Both the position numbers and the translations under genes were made by a program. Shown here one piece after another: positions 6,382 to 8,936 of a stretch of DNA of 8,936 bases. A model generated the notes under the pieces. That model did no database searches, had not been told where the DNA came from, and worked only from the letters and a program-made list of their open reading frames with translations. Origin of the DNA: Promethearchaeia archaeon (lineage in GTDB: Archaea > Asgardarchaeota > Lokiarchaeia > Sigyniarchaeales > SOKP01); NCBI GenBank assembly GCA_046497275.1, contig JAWOFX010000039.1, forward strand, positions 1 to 8,936. Reading direction: 5' to 3'. Position 1 is the stretch's first letter; every line of letters begins with the position of its first letter.

Positions 6382-6521
6382 GAAATGAACACAACATTTC
6401 TTTTTTCTTTACAAATATTAGTTTTAAAATGATTTAATTCATTTTATCCTTCAACTAGTTTTTGGATTAATAAATATTAATATATGGAAAATTCTTCTTA
6501 ATTATATGGGGATGAAAGAAA

Positions 6522-6638
6522 ATGAAATCAAATGATTTATTTTTAAATACTTTAGGGGTTATTGGGATTATAGGTCTAGTTTTTTTAATTATAATGCTAA
6601 TCCTTGTTGCTATTGCAATTTCTAATATATTGGAATAA
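6522..6638 (+). CDS. Small single-TM membrane peptide (38 aa)
   Basis: Manual translation: MKSNDLFLNTLGVIGIIGLVFLIIMLILVAIAISNILE*. SD-like GGGGATGA at 6508-6515. Not in the ORF track. Confidence 0.55.
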   Translation: MKSNDLFLNTLGVIGIIGLVFLIIMLILVAIAISNILE

Positions 6639-6800
6639 TAAATTATGATTTTTTCTTTATAAAATATTTTCGTTTGTCACATATAGAGCATAAAATTAAT
6701 CTCTATTATATGAAATAATTTAGATCAAAATTTTATTAATCTTAAAAACGGAACTTTATGTGTAAAGTGGTTTAACCAACTTGAGTAATAGAACAAGGAA

Positions 6801-7184
6801 CTAATCTTTATTAAGAATTTCTTTTATTTTCTTAAGTAATTCTTTTCCTGAAAAAGGTTTAGTAATATAATAATCTGCGCCTAATCTTTTTCCTTTTTGA
6901 ACATCTTCATTAAAACTTTTAACAGTAAAGAGAACGACTACTATATCTTTAAGATCATCATCGGTTTTTATTGTTTCAAGAACTTGATATCCGCTCATTC
7001 CGGGCATCATAATATCCAATAATATAAGTACTATATCATTAGATCTATCCTTAATTATCTTCATTGCTTCTTTCCCATTACTACAAGTAATAGTATTAAA
7101 ATCTCCCAATTCTAGAAACTTTTTTGTGAGATTTAATATATCCGGTTCATCATCCACAACTAAGATTGTTTCTTTGTCGGGCAT
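6801..7184 (-). CDS. Single-domain response regulator (CheY-like receiver)
   Basis: Acidic pocket VVDDE, phospho-acceptor Asp in LLDIMMP, conserved Thr in LFTV, and YITKPF. No output domain. Confidence 0.93.
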   Translation of the reverse strand: MPDKETILVVDDEPDILNLTKKFLELGDFNTITCSNGKEAMKIIKDRSNDIVLILLDIMMPGMSGYQVLETIKTDDDLKDIVVVLFTVKSFNEDVQKGKRLGADYYITKPFSGKELLKKIKEILNKD

Positions 7185-7305
7185 ATTCTTTTGATTTTTT
7201 ATCTAAGTTCTCTACTATTTTTTTAATTATATTAAAGTTAAATTCATAATATATTTAAATTTTAATTTTATTATAAGGTTTGATTTTTAGAATATTTGAT
7301 CCTAT

Positions 7306-7962
7306 ATGCCACGTAATAATTTTTTGCCTCAATTTCCTTATGACTATCTAGGTGCTAAGGCTGAAGAATATAATGAACTTCAATGGATGGAGCGAAATCA
7401 GAAAAAAACAACTCTCGAGTGTGTTGAATATCTTTTTGATCAAAAATTGGGACCTATTAATATATTGGATTTTTCAAATTATTTAATATTAGACTTAGGC
7501 TGTGGAACAGGGTTTTCGACTGAAGTTTTAATAGATCTTGGCTTTAATGTTATTTCTATTGATGTATTAATGGATATGCTGGAAAAGACTTATCATAAAA
7601 AAGAATTATTTAGTGATATGAATGTTTTAGAATTAATATTAGCAAATATGGTTAACCTTCCATTCAAACCTTCAACATTTCATTATATTATATCTGTGTC
7701 AGCATACAATTTCATTACGTATAAGAAAACAACTCAATCAGAGATAAAAAAAACCTTGGATTTTACTGCTAAATATTTAAACAAATGCCTTAAAAAAAAT
7801 GGACGGATTGTAATAGAGTTTTATCCTAATACTGATAAGGAATTAGATCTTTTTGTCTCCTCTTTCACCGCAAATAACTTTGACGGGTATTTTATAAAGA
7901 ACAATCCAAATCAAAAAGGGGGTAAAACTTTTCTACTCCTAAAGAAGGTTGATAATATATGA
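7306..7962 (+). CDS. bud23: Class I SAM-dependent methyltransferase, Bud23/WBSCR22-like (SSU rRNA m7G methyltransferase family)
   Basis: SAM motif LILDLGCGTGFS plus family-like segments along the whole length: PYDY..AEEY, NQKKT..ECVEYL, LPFKPSTF..IISVSA, IVIEFYP, and F.G....NPNQKGGKTFLLL. Confidence 0.7.
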   Translation: MPRNNFLPQFPYDYLGAKAEEYNELQWMERNQKKTTLECVEYLFDQKLGPINILDFSNYLILDLGCGTGFSTEVLIDLGFNVISIDVLMDMLEKTYHKKELFSDMNVLELILANMVNLPFKPSTFHYIISVSAYNFITYKKTTQSEIKKTLDFTAKYLNKCLKKNGRIVIEFYPNTDKELDLFVSSFTANNFDGYFIKNNPNQKGGKTFLLLKKVDNI

Positions 7963-8936
7963 CCAAATGCAGATTCTGTGGAAAAAAAGACAAATTCATC
8001 TCTAACACACTACAAATCTGTCGAGACTGTATTCTTACGGGGAATTGGAATGAGATTAAGGAACATATTTTTAGAGTTCATGCTAATGTGAGAACGAATG
8101 AAGGATTACCCGCGAATTCTCCTCATGCGAAAAAGGATGATATCGTTTTACAATGTAATTTTTGTATAAATGAATGCTCTTTATCTAAAGATCAAACCAG
8201 TTATTGTGGGCTAAGAAATTTGGAGAAAGCAAAAGATGAGGAATTACCTATTCCCAGTAAATCTGAAGGATACATTCATGGATATATTGACGCCAACCCT
8301 ACTAATTGTTGTAATGCCTGGTTTTGTCCTGCAAATACTTCAAATGGATATCCCGAATTCTCAGATTTTGATGGACCAGAATACGGAACTTATAGTTATG
8401 CCGCTTTTCTCTATGGATGTTCTTATGACTGTTTATTCTGTCAAAATGCTTCCCATAAAAATATCTCTAAATCAAAATTTTCAAGCGTTGATGATATCAT
8501 AACCCAAATTATTGAGAATGAAAAAATAACGTGTGTTTGTTTTTTTGGTGGTGATCCTGAACCTCAACTTCCCTTTACTATTAATATTGCAGAAAGAATT
8601 CTAAAAAAAGTAAAAGAAAATTCGGATAGAAAAATCCGTTTTTGCTGGGAATGGAATGGAAGCGGTAATCAAAAACTTATTGAGGAGTGTATGAAAATTG
8701 CAGTGAAAACTGGTGGAAATATAAAATTTGACTTGAAATCTTTTCATGAGAAGCTTAATTATGCTCTTTGTGGGGTAAGTAATAAAAGAACCTTGGATAA
8801 TTTCAAATTTTTAGCTGAAAATTACTTCGGAACACGAAATGGTGTACCTGAGATGAGTGGATGCACTTTATTGGTTCCAGGTTATATTAATCATGAAGAG
8901 GTCGAAAAAATTGCCAAATTTGTAAGCTTAATTGAT
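7959..8936 (+). CDS. Radical SAM protein (PFL-activating-enzyme/AmmeMemoRadiSam-like, archaeal type); 3' end runs off the window
   Basis: ATG 7959 overlaps the upstream TGA (ATGA). The frame is open for 326 codons to the window end: MTKCRFCGK...ICRDC...QCNFCINEC...YCGLR...NPTNCCNAWFCP...YGCSYDCLFCQN...FFGGDPEP...CWEWNG...IKFDLK...TLLVPGY. CxxxCxxC at 8418-8441. Confidence 0.92.
   Translation, partial: MTKCRFCGKKDKFISNTLQICRDCILTGNWNEIKEHIFRVHANVRTNEGLPANSPHAKKDDIVLQCNFCINECSLSKDQTSYCGLRNLEKAKDEELPIPSKSEGYIHGYIDANPTNCCNAWFCPANTSNGYPEFSDFDGPEYGTYSYAAFLYGCSYDCLFCQNASHKNISKSKFSSVDDIITQIIENEKITCVCFFGGDPEPQLPFTINIAERILKKVKENSDRKIRFCWEWNGSGNQKLIEECMKIAVKTGGNIKFDLKSFHEKLNYALCGVSNKRTLDNFKFLAENYFGTRNGVPEMSGCTLLVPGYINHEEVEKIAKFVSLID

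Noticed and set aside
6386-6535. Very short ATG-initiated ORFs at 6386 (15 aa) and 6512 (7 aa)
   Set aside because: Too short and featureless. The 6512 ATG is better explained as part of the SD-like sequence for the 6522 ORF.
8236-8502. 88-aa plus-strand ORF in the track
   Set aside because: Off-frame inside the radical SAM gene (7959 to beyond 8936), whose frame carries the CxxxCxxC motif.

Overview
AT-rich, gene-dense window that looks archaeal (AGGTGA Shine-Dalgarno, TATA-like promoters, T-tract terminators). An Asgard/Lokiarchaeia (Promethearchaeota) origin is plausible, but this is inference from gene style and two eukaryote-like genes. Gene order: 3'-truncated C4C4 RING-finger protein (-, not in the ORF track), small 2-TM protein (+), coiled-coil protein (-), YihX-like HAD phosphatase (-), NifB/NifX-family protein with His tail (-), then a divergent region with a duplicated promoter, a candidate 46-codon CxxU selenoprotein (in-frame TGA, +), a structured 3' RNA element and a 51-aa Cys-rich desulforedoxin-like protein (+, not in the track). 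These are followed by a UDP-sugar dehydrogenase (-), a PIG-L deacetylase (-), a tail-anchored DUF2961/GH172 glycosidase (+), a 38-aa single-TM peptide (+), a stand-alone response regulator (-), a Bud23/WBSCR22-like methyltransferase (+) and a translationally coupled, 3'-truncated radical SAM protein (+, not in the track). I see no rRNA, tRNA, CRISPR array or mobile element. The most notable observations are the hidden CTG-UGA ORF within a metal/redox micro-cluster, the CNOT4-type RING protein and the full-length Bud23-like enzyme. All family assignments come from motif recognition by eye; no database searches were run.
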